Shown here in pieces: positions 28,415-39,023 of a DNA stretch of 64,000 nucleotides. The stretch's first letter is position 1. Every line of letters begins with the position of its first letter. A model generated the notes under the pieces. That model saw only the letters and a program-made list of their open reading frames with translations, was not told the DNA's origin and ran no database searches. A program made the translations under genes and the position numbers. Source of the stretch: Myxococcota bacterium (GTDB lineage Bacteria > Myxococcota_A > UBA9160 > SZUA-336); NCBI GenBank assembly GCA_965247115.1, contig CBDFGR010000002.1, forward strand, positions 704,001 to 768,000, in the 5' to 3' direction.

Positions 28415-30319
28415 TTACTTCTCCTCCGTGAATTCCGCGTCGACCACGTCGGGTCCGTCGCCGGAAGACTCCGTTCCCGCCTCGGAGGCCTCTCCACCGG
28501 CGTCTGCCTGCTCCGCCTCGCGCTTATAGAGCTCCGCGCTGATCTTGTGAACGGCCGACTGGAGCTGCTCCGCTTGAGTGCTGAGCTCCTCTCCTGTGGC
28601 GTCCTCCTTCTCGAGCACGATCTTCGACGCACTCATGGCGTCCTCAAGGGTCTTCAGGTCGCCGACCGGGATCTTCTCGCGGTGCTCGTTGAGCGTTTTT
28701 TCCGCCTCGTACACCAGGCTGTCGAGCGCGTTGTGCGCGTCGACACGTTCGCGACGCCCTTTGTCGTCGCTTGCGTGGGTCTCAGCGTCCGAGACCATGC
28801 GATCGATCTCTGACTTCTCGAGGCCGGTCGAGCCCTCGATCCGGATCGACTGCTCCTTGTCCGACGCCTTGTCCTTCGCGGATACGGAGACGATACCGTT
28901 CGCGTCGATGTCGAAGGTGACGTCCACCTGCGGAACGCCACGCGGCGCAGGCGGCAACCCGTCGAGGATGAACTTGCCCAGCGAGCGGTTATCCAGCGAC
29001 ATCTCCCGCTCGCCCTGGAGCACGTGGATCTCGACCTGCGGCTGGTTGTCGGCGGCCGTCGAGAAGGTCTGGCTGCGCTTGGTCGGAATCGTGGTGTTCC
29101 GCTCGATCAGCTTGGTCATGACGCCACCCAGGGTCTCGATACCAAGCGAGAGGGGCGTCACGTCGAGGAGCAGTACGTCGCTGACGTCTCCGGTCAGCAC
29201 TCCCGCCTGGACGGCGGCGCCGACCGCGACGACCTCGTCGGGATTCACACCGCGGTGCGGGTCTCTCCCGAAGAAATCCTTTACGAGCTCCTGGACCTTG
29301 GGAATGCGCGTCGAGCCACCGACGAGCACGACCTCGTCGATCTCGCTCGGGGCGAGCCCCGAGTCCTTGCACGCGGCCCGGACCGGATCAAGTGTACGGC
29401 CCAGAAGATCATCGACCAGCTGCTCGAACTTCGAACGGCTGAGCTTCACGTTCATGTGCTTCGGTCCGGACTGGTCGGCCGTAATGTAGGGCAGATTGAT
29501 TTCGGTCTCGGTCAGAGTGGACAGCTCGATCTTCGCCTTCTCTGCGCCCTCCTTGAGTCGCTGCATGGCCATCGGGTCCTTGGAGAGATCGACGCCCTGG
29601 TCCTTCTTGAACTCGTCGACCAGGTAGCGAATCACCCGATCGTCGAAGTCGTCACCGCCCAGATGCGTGTCGCCGTTCGTCGAGAGCACCTCCACGGTGT
29701 TGTCACCTACCTCGAGTACGGAGATATCGAATGTGCCTCCGCCCAGGTCGTAGACGGCGATCTTCTCCTCCGTCTTCTTCTCGAGCGAGTACGCGAGCGA
29801 CGCTGCCGTCGGCTCGTTGACGAGCCGCAGCACTTCGAGTCCGGCGATCGTGCCGGCGTCCTTGGTGGCCTGGCGCTGGGCATCGTTGAAGTAGGCCGGA
29901 ACCGTGATCACGGCCTGGGAGACACTCTCGCCAAGGTAGGCCTCTGCCGAGGTCTTGAGCTTCTGGAGCACCATCGCGGAGATCTCGGGCGGCGTGTACT
30001 TCTTGCCGAGGGCCTCGACGACGACCTGGTCGTCCTTGTCGCTCAGCACCTTGTAGGGCACGAGCTTTTTCTCGTCGCTCACCTCACCAAGGCGACGACC
30101 CATGAAGCGCTTGATCGAGAAGATGGTGTTCTCCGGATTCGTGATGGCCTGACGCCGGGCGATCTGCCCCACCAGCCGTTGGCCGTCCCTCGTAAACGCG
30201 ACCACGGACGGCGTCGTGCGCCCGCCCTCTTCGTTGGCAATGATCTTCGCCTCGCCACCCTCCATCACGGCGACCGCCGAGTTCGTCGTCCCCAGATCAA
30301 TTCCAATCACGCTTGCCAT
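28415..30319 (-). CDS. dnaK: Chaperone DnaK
   Basis: [26 protein letters not shown] and VVDAEF motifs. Confidence 0.98.
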   Translation of the reverse strand: MASVIGIDLGTTNSAVAVMEGGEAKIIANEEGGRTTPSVVAFTRDGQRLVGQIARRQAITNPENTIFSIKRFMGRRLGEVSDEKKLVPYKVLSDKDDQVVVEALGKKYTPPEISAMVLQKLKTSAEAYLGESVSQAVITVPAYFNDAQRQATKDAGTIAGLEVLRLVNEPTAASLAYSLEKKTEEKIAVYDLGGGTFDISVLEVGDNTVEVLSTNGDTHLGGDDFDDRVIRYLVDEFKKDQGVDLSKDPMAMQRLKEGAEKAKIELSTLTETEINLPYITADQSGPKHMNVKLSRSKFEQLVDDLLGRTLDPVRAACKDSGLAPSEIDEVVLVGGSTRIPKVQELVKDFFGRDPHRGVNPDEVVAVGAAVQAGVLTGDVSDVLLLDVTPLSLGIETLGGVMTKLIERNTTIPTKRSQTFSTAADNQPQVEIHVLQGEREMSLDNRSLGKFILDGLPPAPRGVPQVDVTFDIDANGIVSVSAKDKASDKEQSIRIEGSTGLEKSEIDRMVSDAETHASDDKGRRERVDAHNALDSLVYEAEKTLNEHREKIPVGDLKTLEDAMSASKIVLEKEDATGEELSTQAEQLQSAVHKISAELYKREAEQADAGGEASEAGTESSGDGPDVVDAEFTEEK

Positions 30320-30392
30320 GACCACCCTACCCCCGACGTAAAAAAATCCTAGCTAAATCAAATACTTACGGACAAGCCCGTGTTGACGTCCC

Positions 30393-30420
30393 AAATTAAG
30401 CCCGTCCCCAACCCTGTCAA
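30393..30420 (-). promoter_or_regulatory. Sigma70-type promoter for dnaK (TTGACA-N16-TAATTT)
   Basis: Minus strand reads TTGACA gggttggggacgggct TAATTT about 75 bp before the dnaK ATG. Confidence 0.55.
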
Positions 30421-30570
30421 GCCGGTGCCGGTCGGACCACCCCGCAAGCCTGTCAAGCCGGTCGGGCCACCCCGCAAGCGCTGCGAAGCGGCGCGCGCAG
30501 CGAGCCGCAGGCGAGCGTAGGTGGGTGGCCGCGGCCGCCCGCGGCCGGGTCCCACAGTAGAGGCCCCAGT
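30413..30570. repeat. 30-bp tandem duplication plus GC-rich palindromic REP-like element
   Basis: GCCGGTCGG(A/G)CCACCCCGCAAGC at 30427 and 30457; CCTGTCAAGCCGGT at 30413 and 30449; stems GGCCACCC/GGGTGGCC and GGCCGCGG/CCGCGGCC. Confidence 0.6.
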
Positions 30571-31025
30571 AGTGCCCGATCGAGATTAGGATAGGGGCGA
30601 ACCTGGAAGACGACGGTTCGCGCGTCCTGGAAGTAGCGAGAGCCCCACCAGCCGCGACCAAACACCTCGATTCGAATCCGGTTCTCGCCCTCGATCAGCC
30701 CCAGGATGGCGCCCTGCGCGCCGTTGCTGCCGAGCGTCAGCAAGTGGGTGACGTCGCGGTTGTTGAGCAGGCAGCGAAACGTATCGACGGCCACGCGTTC
30801 GTGACCGGAGAAGCCGACCTCGACCTCGACCCCGCCGAAGGAGATCTGCTGACCGGGTGTCGGCCGCAGCACGTGGACCAAGGGGCGTCCAAGGAACACC
30901 AGGCGTCGGGCGCGCTCGCTGAGCGTACCCTCGCCCATGGCCGCGAGCCCGATACCGCCAGCAACCAGCAGTGTCAGCAGACTCCCTATCGCGACCCCCC
31001 GGAACAGGGTTGTCCTGCTACGCAT
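30453..31025 (-). CDS. Hypothetical membrane-anchored beta-rich protein; last ~40 codons read through the repeat element
   Basis: N-terminal TM and a plausible globular domain up to RPYPNLDRA. Confidence 0.65.
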   Translation of the reverse strand: MRSRTTLFRGVAIGSLLTLLVAGGIGLAAMGEGTLSERARRLVFLGRPLVHVLRPTPGQQISFGGVEVEVGFSGHERVAVDTFRCLLNNRDVTHLLTLGSNGAQGAILGLIEGENRIRIEVFGRGWWGSRYFQDARTVVFQVRPYPNLDRALLGPLLWDPAAGGRGHPPTLACGSLRAPLRSACGVARPA

Positions 31026-31192
31026 GACGTCGACTCGCGCCGCGCGAATGAGCCTCTCGAAGGCGTTTGCAGCAGTTCCCCATCGGGCTAGAATTCATTG
31101 GAATTGTTGAGGATTCTCTCGGCGGGGACGAGCGCTCGCGATCCCCGCGGGGCGCATCGACAGCGGCGCGGCGCAGCGCCCTGGGAGTTAAT

Positions 31193-32059
31193 GTGCTCTT
31201 GAATTCCGGCCTTCGCATCGTCCAGGGAGTGCTCCTTCTTACCTGTGTATATCTTGTGTATGCCGGGCTGGCTCCGGCCATGAGCAACGCACCGCTCGAA
31301 CCCGCGCGCATCCCCACCGTGGAAGAGCCGCAAGCCGGTAGGCACCCCTGGAGCCACTATCGGATCATAGGCGAGCGCAACTTGTTCCGGAACGCAACTA
31401 CCGGGCCGATTGCTCCCGCGAGATCTGAGGCGATCGCGGAGAGCAAGCTGCGCATGAAGCTCCACGCGACGATCTCCGGGGACGGAAGCTCCCTCGCCAC
31501 CCTGGAAGACCTTTCCACGCACGAGCGGTTCTACGTGAAGCCTGGAGACGCGGTGGGGAATGCGACGGTCGAGTGGATCGAGCGCCGCAAAGTCGTGATT
31601 CGAAACCAGGGGAAGCGCGAGGCCATCACCATGGATGATGAGACCGCCGCCAGTGCGACGCCGCAGCGAGCCAGGACCCGGCGCGCCTCGTCTCGGAGCC
31701 GACCCGCTCGCAGCCGGGCACAGCGGGGTCGCGAACGGCTGTTGCAGCGCCTCGGGCGGCGCGCCCCGACGCAGGCCGTCGCGCCCGCGTCCGCTAGTCC
31801 GAGCCTGATCGAGCAGGCCACGTTCCGTCCGGCCTTCAACGAGGTCGGCGAGGTGGAGGGACTGCTCGTGGAGAACCTCCGTCCCGGTAGCGCTCTGGCC
31901 GCAACGGGCTTGGGCAACGGCGCGGTCTGCAGCTCCCTCAACGGCGTGAGCCTGACGGACATCGAGTCGTTGCAGCCAGCCTCGCTCTCGCCACAGGGCC
32001 AGCAGACGTGCCTCATCTGCCGCGACGAGCTCGGGAACGAGCAGAACTTCTGCCTCTGA
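31193..32059 (+). CDS. gspC: Type II secretion protein C
   Basis: TM, ERNLF, HR-like domain, degenerate PDZ-like end; first gene of the gsp operon; GTG after GGGAG. Confidence 0.7.
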   Translation: MLLNSGLRIVQGVLLLTCVYLVYAGLAPAMSNAPLEPARIPTVEEPQAGRHPWSHYRIIGERNLFRNATTGPIAPARSEAIAESKLRMKLHATISGDGSSLATLEDLSTHERFYVKPGDAVGNATVEWIERRKVVIRNQGKREAITMDDETAASATPQRARTRRASSRSRPARSRAQRGRERLLQRLGRRAPTQAVAPASASPSLIEQATFRPAFNEVGEVEGLLVENLRPGSALAATGLGNGAVCSSLNGVSLTDIESLQPASLSPQGQQTCLICRDELGNEQNFCL

Positions 32060-34512
32060 TGTCGAGAGCGCTCCCGATCCTGGCTCTCTTCAGCGCCCTG
32101 CTCTGGGGGGCGGACAGCCGAGGACAGGGAGGGGACGGCGAGCCCGTGAAGCTCGACTTCCAGAACACGGAGATCACGGATGTGATCGCCATGATGGCGG
32201 AGCTCACGGGCAAGAACTTCCTCTACGATCAGGACAAGGTCAGCGGCAGGGTGACGGTGATCTCACCGACACCGGTCAGCGTCGACGAGGCCTACCGGGT
32301 GTTTGAATCGATCCTGCAGGTCCGGGGACTGACGACCGTGCCTGCGCCCGGAGGCGTGCTGAAGATCGTACAGATCCGCGAGGCAAAGGAATCGGCGATC
32401 GAGACGCTGCCGAGCCATGCTCCGATTCCGAACCGGGATCTCTACATCACCCGACTCATCCCGCTTCGCTACGTGAAGGCGGACGCGATCAGCAACACGC
32501 TGCGGCCGCTTATCTCCCGGGAATCGAATCTGATCGCCTACCAGCCCACGAATACGCTCATCGTCACGGATACCGCCGCGAACATCCGACGCCTGGTCAC
32601 GATCATCGGGGAAGTCGACGTTGTGACCTACCGCGAGCAGGTCAAGGTGCTGCAGATCCAACACGCGGACGCTTCTGTGCTCGCGGCGCAGCTGCAGGAG
32701 ATCTTCTCCGAGCCCGCTAGCCAGGCGGCGAGCCGGGCCCGAACGACCGCACGAGCGCGGCGAACCGCCCGCACGCCACAGGGGGCTGCCGGTACTCCCG
32801 CCGCTCCCGTCATTGCAGGCGTATCGGGAGAGCCACGCTTCATCACAGACGAGCGCACGAACTCGATTATCGTGATCGCAACGCGAGGCATGATTCAGCA
32901 GGTCGAGAAGCTGGTGCCCCTGCTCGACTACGAGCGCAAGGGCTCGGGTCGCATCCACGTGTTCAGGCTCCAGAACGCGGACGCGGAGGAGATGGCGCAG
33001 ACGCTCTCTACACTGACCACCTCATCTGCGGCGACGATCGGCGGACGGACGACTTCCGGAGCAACGGCTGCGGCCGCGGTTGCCGAGCTCGGGCAGGGTG
33101 TCCGCGTCACCGCCGACGCGCCAACAAACTCCCTGATCATCCAGGCCAGCTCGGAAGGCTTCGCGGCCATGAGCGACGTCATCACCGCCCTCGATATCCG
33201 CAGGCCACAGGTGCTAGTCGAGGCGCTGATCATGGAGGTAAACATCACGAGCAACCAAGATCTCGGACTCGCGTGGCTCTACCAGAACGAGCTCAACGTA
33301 AGCAACTCCGCGGTCTCGGTCGGCGTCGACCCCGGTGGCGTCTTTCCGAACCCGAGTGGGACGCCGCCCGCGAACACCGGAGCGGGTCTGATCGGCTCGA
33401 CGGCAGCGGACCTAACCACGGCCGTGCTCGGGAAGACCATCAACATACCTGGGGTCGGCGACGTGCCGATCATCCAGGGAGTCCTCATCGCATCCAGGAA
33501 CGATGCGAACACGAACCTGATCTCTGCGCCGGTGATCCTCACGGCGGACAACGAGGAGGCGGAGATCATCATCGGGCAGGAGATCCCGATCCCCACGACA
33601 CTGCTCGAGACGGCCGATCCCTCTGCTGCAGGCGGCTTTCAGACCTCTCAGAACATTGCGCGCGAGAACGTCGGCGTGACTCTTCGCGTGACGCCCCAGA
33701 TCAGCGAGGGGGACACGGTGCGCCTCGAGATCTTCCAGGAGATCAGCGAGGTGGAGTCGACGGATGACGAGCTCGGTCCGACGACGCGGAACCGCCAGGT
33801 CGAGAATACGGTCTACGTCCGCGACGGCGAGGCGGTGATGCTGGGTGGGATCATCTCGGAGAGCCAGGGCGTGGCGGAGAGCAAGGTGCCGTTCCTGGGG
33901 GACATCCCGATCGTGGGCTGGCTGTTCAAGACGACCAGCGACACGGTGCGCAAGGTGAACCTGCTGATCATCCTCACGCCGCGCATCGTGCGCGATCCGG
34001 AGGACCTGGAGCAGCTGACGCTGGAGCGGCGCGAGCGGTTCCGGGACAGCGCGAGCGCGGGCTACACCGCCGAGGAGCTCGCGGAGCGTCAGGCGGCGCT
34101 CGACGCGGGGGTGGAGCTCCCGAGCGACCCCAACCCGGTGCGGCGCGAGCTGGAGCGGCACGACGGGCGGCATCCGGTCGCGCTCCTGCCCGATCTGCGC
34201 GCACAGAAGCGGGAGCGTGAGCGCGTGCGCCGGGAGGAGCTTGAGGCGCTGCAGGCCGATGGGGACGGCGGCGCCTACCTGGTCCAGGCCGCCTTCTTTC
34301 ACAACCCGGCGGAAGCGATCGCGCTCTTGCAGCTGCTGATCGATCTCGGCTACGACGGGACCGTGTTCTCGCGCCCGGAGTCTGGGGACCCGGTCCACTT
34401 TGTACAGCTCGGCCCCTACGTGTCCGAGGAGAGAGCGAGGCAGATCGCGCGCGACGTACGCTACGAGGCGGACGTGGATCCCCTTGTCGTGGTACAGCGG
34501 GGAGAGAGGTGA
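32059..34512 (+). CDS. gspD: Type II secretion secretin with C-terminal SPOR domain
   Basis: LDFQNTEI, N-domain repeats, LDIRRPQVLVEALIME and KVPFLGDIPIVGWLF motifs; SPOR-like tail. Confidence 0.93.
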   Translation: MSRALPILALFSALLWGADSRGQGGDGEPVKLDFQNTEITDVIAMMAELTGKNFLYDQDKVSGRVTVISPTPVSVDEAYRVFESILQVRGLTTVPAPGGVLKIVQIREAKESAIETLPSHAPIPNRDLYITRLIPLRYVKADAISNTLRPLISRESNLIAYQPTNTLIVTDTAANIRRLVTIIGEVDVVTYREQVKVLQIQHADASVLAAQLQEIFSEPASQAASRARTTARARRTARTPQGAAGTPAAPVIAGVSGEPRFITDERTNSIIVIATRGMIQQVEKLVPLLDYERKGSGRIHVFRLQNADAEEMAQTLSTLTTSSAATIGGRTTSGATAAAAVAELGQGVRVTADAPTNSLIIQASSEGFAAMSDVITALDIRRPQVLVEALIMEVNITSNQDLGLAWLYQNELNVSNSAVSVGVDPGGVFPNPSGTPPANTGAGLIGSTAADLTTAVLGKTINIPGVGDVPIIQGVLIASRNDANTNLISAPVILTADNEEAEIIIGQEIPIPTTLLETADPSAAGGFQTSQNIARENVGVTLRVTPQISEGDTVRLEIFQEISEVESTDDELGPTTRNRQVENTVYVRDGEAVMLGGIISESQGVAESKVPFLGDIPIVGWLFKTTSDTVRKVNLLIILTPRIVRDPEDLEQLTLERRERFRDSASAGYTAEELAERQAALDAGVELPSDPNPVRRELERHDGRHPVALLPDLRAQKRERERVRREELEALQADGDGGAYLVQAAFFHNPAEAIALLQLLIDLGYDGTVFSRPESGDPVHFVQLGPYVSEERARQIARDVRYEADVDPLVVVQRGER

Positions 34513-34513
34513 G

Positions 34514-36253
34514 GTGTCCAACGCGCTGGAGCTGAGCGCCGCGCTTCTCGACGCCACGTCGCTGACGGAGGATGAGCTCGAGGTCGCGCTGCGTCGACAG
34601 GAAGAGTCGGGGCAGCGACTGACCGAAGTGTTGCTGGAGCTCGGCCTCGTGCCTGAGCCGGAGCTGCTCGGCCTGCTCGGCGGCCTGTACGGTATCCCGG
34701 TGCGCGACACACTTCGAGCGGATGAAGTGGACGGAGAGCTCGCGACGCAGCTTCCGATCTCCTTCGCCAAGCAACACCACCTGCTGCCGATCCGACGCGA
34801 AGGAGACAGACTCGAGATCGCGATCTCGGATCCGCTCCTGACGGACCCACTCGACGACCTGCAGCTGCTCTTTCCCGGGGTCTCCTGCGAGCCCGTCCTG
34901 TGCAGTCGACGGGCCATCCTGAACTGCATCAACCAGGTATTCGACCGCGCGAGCTCCGCGGAGGAGGTCAGAGGAGAGCTCGGCGACACCGAGCTTGCCG
35001 ACGTCGCCTCTGAGCTGATCGAGGAGCCAAAAGACCTGTTGGACTCGAGCGAGGAGAGTGCCCCTGTCATCCGGCTCGTGAACTCGCTCTTGCAACAGGC
35101 CGTCAAGGAGCGGGCCAGCGACATCCACATCGAGCCGCAGGAGCGGGAGGTGTTGGTGCGCTTCCGCACCGACGACATGCTCTTCGAGCCAATCCGCCCG
35201 CTGCCCCGGCAGCTGCATCAAGCAATTACCTCGCGCATCAAGGTCATGGGGAGGTTGGACATCGCGGAGCGGCGGCTACCGCAGGACGGACGCATCAGCC
35301 TGAAGATCGCGGGCCGCGACTACGACGTGCGGCTGTCCACGATCCCGACGCAGTACGGAGAGCGCAGCGTGATGCGCCTGCTGCCCCGCAGCCAGGACTT
35401 GCTGAGCATCGAGAGTATCGGGCTCAGCGAGGAGCTGCAGCACGTGCTCCGCCGGCTGATCCGACGCAGCAACGGTATCGTGCTGGTCACCGGACCGACG
35501 GGCTCCGGCAAGACCAACACCCTGTACGCGGCACTCGCCGACATCAACTCCCCGGAAAAGAACATCATCACCGTGGAAGACCCCGTCGAGATCCGTCTGG
35601 AAGGGATCGGGCAGATCGAGGTAAAGCCACAGATCGGCCTCACGTTTGCAGCCGGTCTGCGCTCGATCCTGCGCCAGGATCCCAACGTGATCCTGGTCGG
35701 CGAGATCCGCGATTCCGAGACCGCAGAGATCGCGATCCACGCGAGCCTCACGGGCCAGCTGTGCTTCTCTACCCTACACACGAACGAGTCAGCAGGAGCG
35801 ATCACGCGGCTGATCGACATGGGCGTCGAGCCGTTCCTGATCGCCTCGTCGCTCGTCGCCTCGCTCGCCCAGAGGCTCGTGCGCCTTCTGTGCGTCAGCT
35901 GCAAGGAGGCCTACCGTCCAAGCGACGTGGAGCTGGAGGAGATCGGACTCGAGCGCGAGCAGCTCGAGATGGGGAGGCTGTTTCGCGCCAAGGGTTGCGC
36001 GGCGTGCAACCAGACCGGCTACCGGGGCCGCGCCGGGATCTTCGAGATCCTCATCGTGGACGACCATATCCGCAGCATGATCACGGGCGGCATCGACTCC
36101 AAGTCGATTCAGGAGGAGGCCGTCCGCGCGGGAATGACGACAATGCGGATGGACGGCGCACAGAAGGTGCTGCATGGACTGACCGCTGTCTCCGAGATCA
36201 TGCGCCAGACCCAGGAGGAGGCGGTCGCCGCGATCGACCCGGAGGCCGGCTAG
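34514..36253 (+). CDS. gspE: Type II secretion ATPase
   Basis: ASDIHIEP, GPTGSGKT, LRQDPNVILVGEIRD and tetracysteine motif. Confidence 0.95.
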   Translation: MSNALELSAALLDATSLTEDELEVALRRQEESGQRLTEVLLELGLVPEPELLGLLGGLYGIPVRDTLRADEVDGELATQLPISFAKQHHLLPIRREGDRLEIAISDPLLTDPLDDLQLLFPGVSCEPVLCSRRAILNCINQVFDRASSAEEVRGELGDTELADVASELIEEPKDLLDSSEESAPVIRLVNSLLQQAVKERASDIHIEPQEREVLVRFRTDDMLFEPIRPLPRQLHQAITSRIKVMGRLDIAERRLPQDGRISLKIAGRDYDVRLSTIPTQYGERSVMRLLPRSQDLLSIESIGLSEELQHVLRRLIRRSNGIVLVTGPTGSGKTNTLYAALADINSPEKNIITVEDPVEIRLEGIGQIEVKPQIGLTFAAGLRSILRQDPNVILVGEIRDSETAEIAIHASLTGQLCFSTLHTNESAGAITRLIDMGVEPFLIASSLVASLAQRLVRLLCVSCKEAYRPSDVELEEIGLEREQLEMGRLFRAKGCAACNQTGYRGRAGIFEILIVDDHIRSMITGGIDSKSIQEEAVRAGMTTMRMDGAQKVLHGLTAVSEIMRQTQEEAVAAIDPEAG

Positions 36254-36258
36254 CGACC

Positions 36259-37482
36259 ATGCCGGTCTACCGCTACAAGGGCATCGCCACTCCGAACCGC
36301 CGGGTCAGCGCAACCATCGATGCGGACAGCTTGCGTGGCGCGCGCGCCAAGCTCAAAGGCGAGGGTGTGTATCTGACCTGGATCGAGGAGGGCCGGACAC
36401 GCTCCAGTGCTTCGGAGCTCCTGTCGCGTTTCCGCATCTCCGCGTTGCAACGCGTACCGGACCTCGCCCTCGCGATGCTGACAGGGCAGCTTTCGACGCT
36501 GCTGGGCGCAGGAATCCCGCTCCTGCAGTCTCTGGCCGCCCTGACCGAACAGGTGGAGAACGACCGCCTCCGGAACGTGGTGGGCAAGCTGCGCGAGCGC
36601 GTGAACGAAGGGACCCCGTTGGCGGACGCCATGAGCGAGTACCCGCAGATCTTCGACAACCTCTACTGCTCCATGGTGCGGGCGGGTGAAGCGTCCGGCA
36701 AGCTCGACCTGGTGCTGCGCCGGCTGGCGGATTACGTCGAGAGCCGCATGGAGCTGCGCAACAAGCTGATTAACGCGATGATCTACCCGGTCCTCATGCT
36801 CGTCGCGAGCGCGCTCGTGGCCGGGGTCCTGCTCGTCAAGGTGATCCCTACCATCACGAGCCTGCTCCAGGACCTGGATCAGGAGCTTCCCACCGCCACG
36901 CTGGTCGTGATCTCCATCTCCGAATTCCTCACGTCCTGGTGGGTCTACCTCGTGGTCGGAGCCGTGCTGCTCTACAGCGTGTTCCATCAGGTCACGCAGA
37001 CCAAGCGAGGCCGTCTCGCGTGGGATCGCTTCCGCCTCCGGCTGCCCGTGCTGGGCCACACGCTGCGCTACGTGGCGATCGCGCGCTTCGCCCGCACGCT
37101 GTCGACGTTGCAACAGGGCGGACTCGACATCGTGCGCGCCCTCGGGATCTCCAAGGGTGTCACCGGCAACGCGGTGATCGAGCTCGCGCTGACGGACGCC
37201 GCCGAAGCGATCACGCACGGCGCCACCATCGCAGCTACGTTCCAGCGCAGCGGGGAGTTCCCGGCCATGGTGACGCAGATGGTGGCTGTGGGAGAGGCAT
37301 CCGGGGAGCTGGACAGCATGCTTGAACGTGTTGCGGAGACCTACGACCAGCTCGTAGACAACAGCCTGAACCGACTGACCGCGTTGACGGGACCCATTCT
37401 GCTTGTCTTCGTCGCAAGCCTCGTGGTGCTCATCATCCTCTCAACGGTTCTACCCCTGCTAAATCTCACGCTCGCGCTTTAG
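36259..37482 (+). CDS. gspF: Type II secretion inner membrane platform protein
   Basis: MPVYRY start, two T2SSF domains, GEASG twice. Confidence 0.93.
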   Translation: MPVYRYKGIATPNRRVSATIDADSLRGARAKLKGEGVYLTWIEEGRTRSSASELLSRFRISALQRVPDLALAMLTGQLSTLLGAGIPLLQSLAALTEQVENDRLRNVVGKLRERVNEGTPLADAMSEYPQIFDNLYCSMVRAGEASGKLDLVLRRLADYVESRMELRNKLINAMIYPVLMLVASALVAGVLLVKVIPTITSLLQDLDQELPTATLVVISISEFLTSWWVYLVVGAVLLYSVFHQVTQTKRGRLAWDRFRLRLPVLGHTLRYVAIARFARTLSTLQQGGLDIVRALGISKGVTGNAVIELALTDAAEAITHGATIAATFQRSGEFPAMVTQMVAVGEASGELDSMLERVAETYDQLVDNSLNRLTALTGPILLVFVASLVVLIILSTVLPLLNLTLAL

Positions 37483-37505
37483 GCCGAGATGAAAGGGACC
37501 GCACC

Positions 37506-37970
37506 ATGAGCCATCGCCACCTCAGACATCGAACCCATCCGGATCGCCCCGGCTTCACGCTGATGGAGATCCTGGTCGTCGTGTTGCTGATCGGGATGCT
37601 GATGACGCTCGTGGGCTCGCGCCTGTTCTCGCGCCTTGACGAGTCGAAGATCACCATCGCGGACGGCAAGCTGCAGAAGCTCGCGCAGCAGCTCGAGCTG
37701 TACAAGCTCGACAATGGCCGCTACCCCACCTCGGGGCAAGGTCTGATCGCGCTCGTCGCCATACCCAGCACAGATCCGCTGCCGCGTCATTACCCCAAGG
37801 CCGGCTACGTCCGACAGGCGGACCTGCTCGACCCGTGGGGAACCGAGTACGAGTACGAGCAGCCGGGGCCCCACAATACCTACAGCTACGACCTGTTCTC
37901 TCTCGGCCCGGACGGGCAACCCGGAGGGGACGACATCAGCAACTGGGACGACGCCGAAGGCCAGCCGTGA
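37506..37970 (+). CDS. gspG: Major pseudopilin
   Basis: G/FTLME prepilin site; YKLDNGRYP, DPWG and SLGPDG motifs. Confidence 0.93.
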   Translation: MSHRHLRHRTHPDRPGFTLMEILVVVLLIGMLMTLVGSRLFSRLDESKITIADGKLQKLAQQLELYKLDNGRYPTSGQGLIALVAIPSTDPLPRHYPKAGYVRQADLLDPWGTEYEYEQPGPHNTYSYDLFSLGPDGQPGGDDISNWDDAEGQP

Positions 37971-38536
37971 ACCGCATCGAGGGTGGGGAGGGCTTCACCC
38001 TCCTCGAGATGCTCGTCGTTGTCGCGCTGATCGGACTCCTCGCCGGCTTCTTCATGAGCTTCCCCTCCACGACTCCTGGTGCGCTGCGCCACTCGGGGCG
38101 CGTCGTTGCCGCAGAGCTGGGCTACACGGCTCAGCGAGCGATCTCGACCGGAAAGCTTCACCGCTGGCTGATCGATCTCGACAAGCAGACCTTCCGGATC
38201 GAGCAGCAGGTCAAGCTTGAGGAACCACCCGAGGCCGAGCTGCCCACACACGCGGAGCTCCTCGACCTCTCTCCGCCATCTTCCCTGCGAGAGTACGCAC
38301 CGGTCGAGAACCGCAGCGGAGAGTGGCGCTGGCTCGACGACACCGACGTCGTCATCGACCGTGTGTTGATCGGGGATGATTCGTACGCCGAGGGTGAGGC
38401 CACGGTGGCTTTTGCACCGGACGGGGGAGCGGACCCGGCAGAGGTCTGGCTCCGCGATGAGGCAGGCCGCAACATGCGGGCACGCGTCGTCGCGTTCACG
38501 GGAGAGATCCACCTGGAGGACGCGGTGCGTGAGTAA
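37967..38536 (+). CDS. gspH: Minor pseudopilin H
   Basis: G/FTLLE site, FAPDG motif, gene order. Confidence 0.78.
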   Translation: MNRIEGGEGFTLLEMLVVVALIGLLAGFFMSFPSTTPGALRHSGRVVAAELGYTAQRAISTGKLHRWLIDLDKQTFRIEQQVKLEEPPEAELPTHAELLDLSPPSSLREYAPVENRSGEWRWLDDTDVVIDRVLIGDDSYAEGEATVAFAPDGGADPAEVWLRDEAGRNMRARVVAFTGEIHLEDAVRE

Positions 38537-39023
38537 GCCCGCGCGATCCGATACCGGCTTCACGCTACTCGAGGTCCTCATCGCGGTCTTCGTGTTGGGG
38601 ACGGTACTTGGCTCGCTCGTCACGCTCGTAGGAGGGAACCTGGCCCGGCTGAGCGACGCGCGCGCTGAGCTCCTGGAGATGCGACTGGCGGAGCAGCGCA
38701 TCCGCGAGCTGGAGGACGAGTTCCAGAACGGCGCGGAGGCAACGGACGGCCTCGATTCCGGTCGCTTCGAGCAGCCGAACGACGGTCTCGCATGGCAGGT
38801 ACTGGTCGAGCCCTACCGGGTGCCGTTGCCTCCGGGATACGAGGGTGTCGAGGTCGCATCCCCGCTGTTCGACACGCCCGAGTCAGACGCCGAGGTGGTG
38901 CTGCGACGCGTAGAGGTCCGGGTCTTTTCGGTCGAGAGTGAACCGAACTCTGCCAGGCCGCTGGTCATCCTGATCCCGGAGCCGCTCGCGGAGGTGGAAG
39001 TCCCAGAGGGAGAGAGCTCGTGA
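38529..39023 (+). CDS. gspI: Minor pseudopilin I
   Basis: G/FTLLEVLIA and gene order. Confidence 0.78.
   Translation: MSKPARSDTGFTLLEVLIAVFVLGTVLGSLVTLVGGNLARLSDARAELLEMRLAEQRIRELEDEFQNGAEATDGLDSGRFEQPNDGLAWQVLVEPYRVPLPPGYEGVEVASPLFDTPESDAEVVLRRVEVRVFSVESEPNSARPLVILIPEPLAEVEVPEGESS

Noticed and set aside
30413..30480. Mini CRISPR array
   Set aside because: Only two adjacent copies with no spacer; a tandem duplication.
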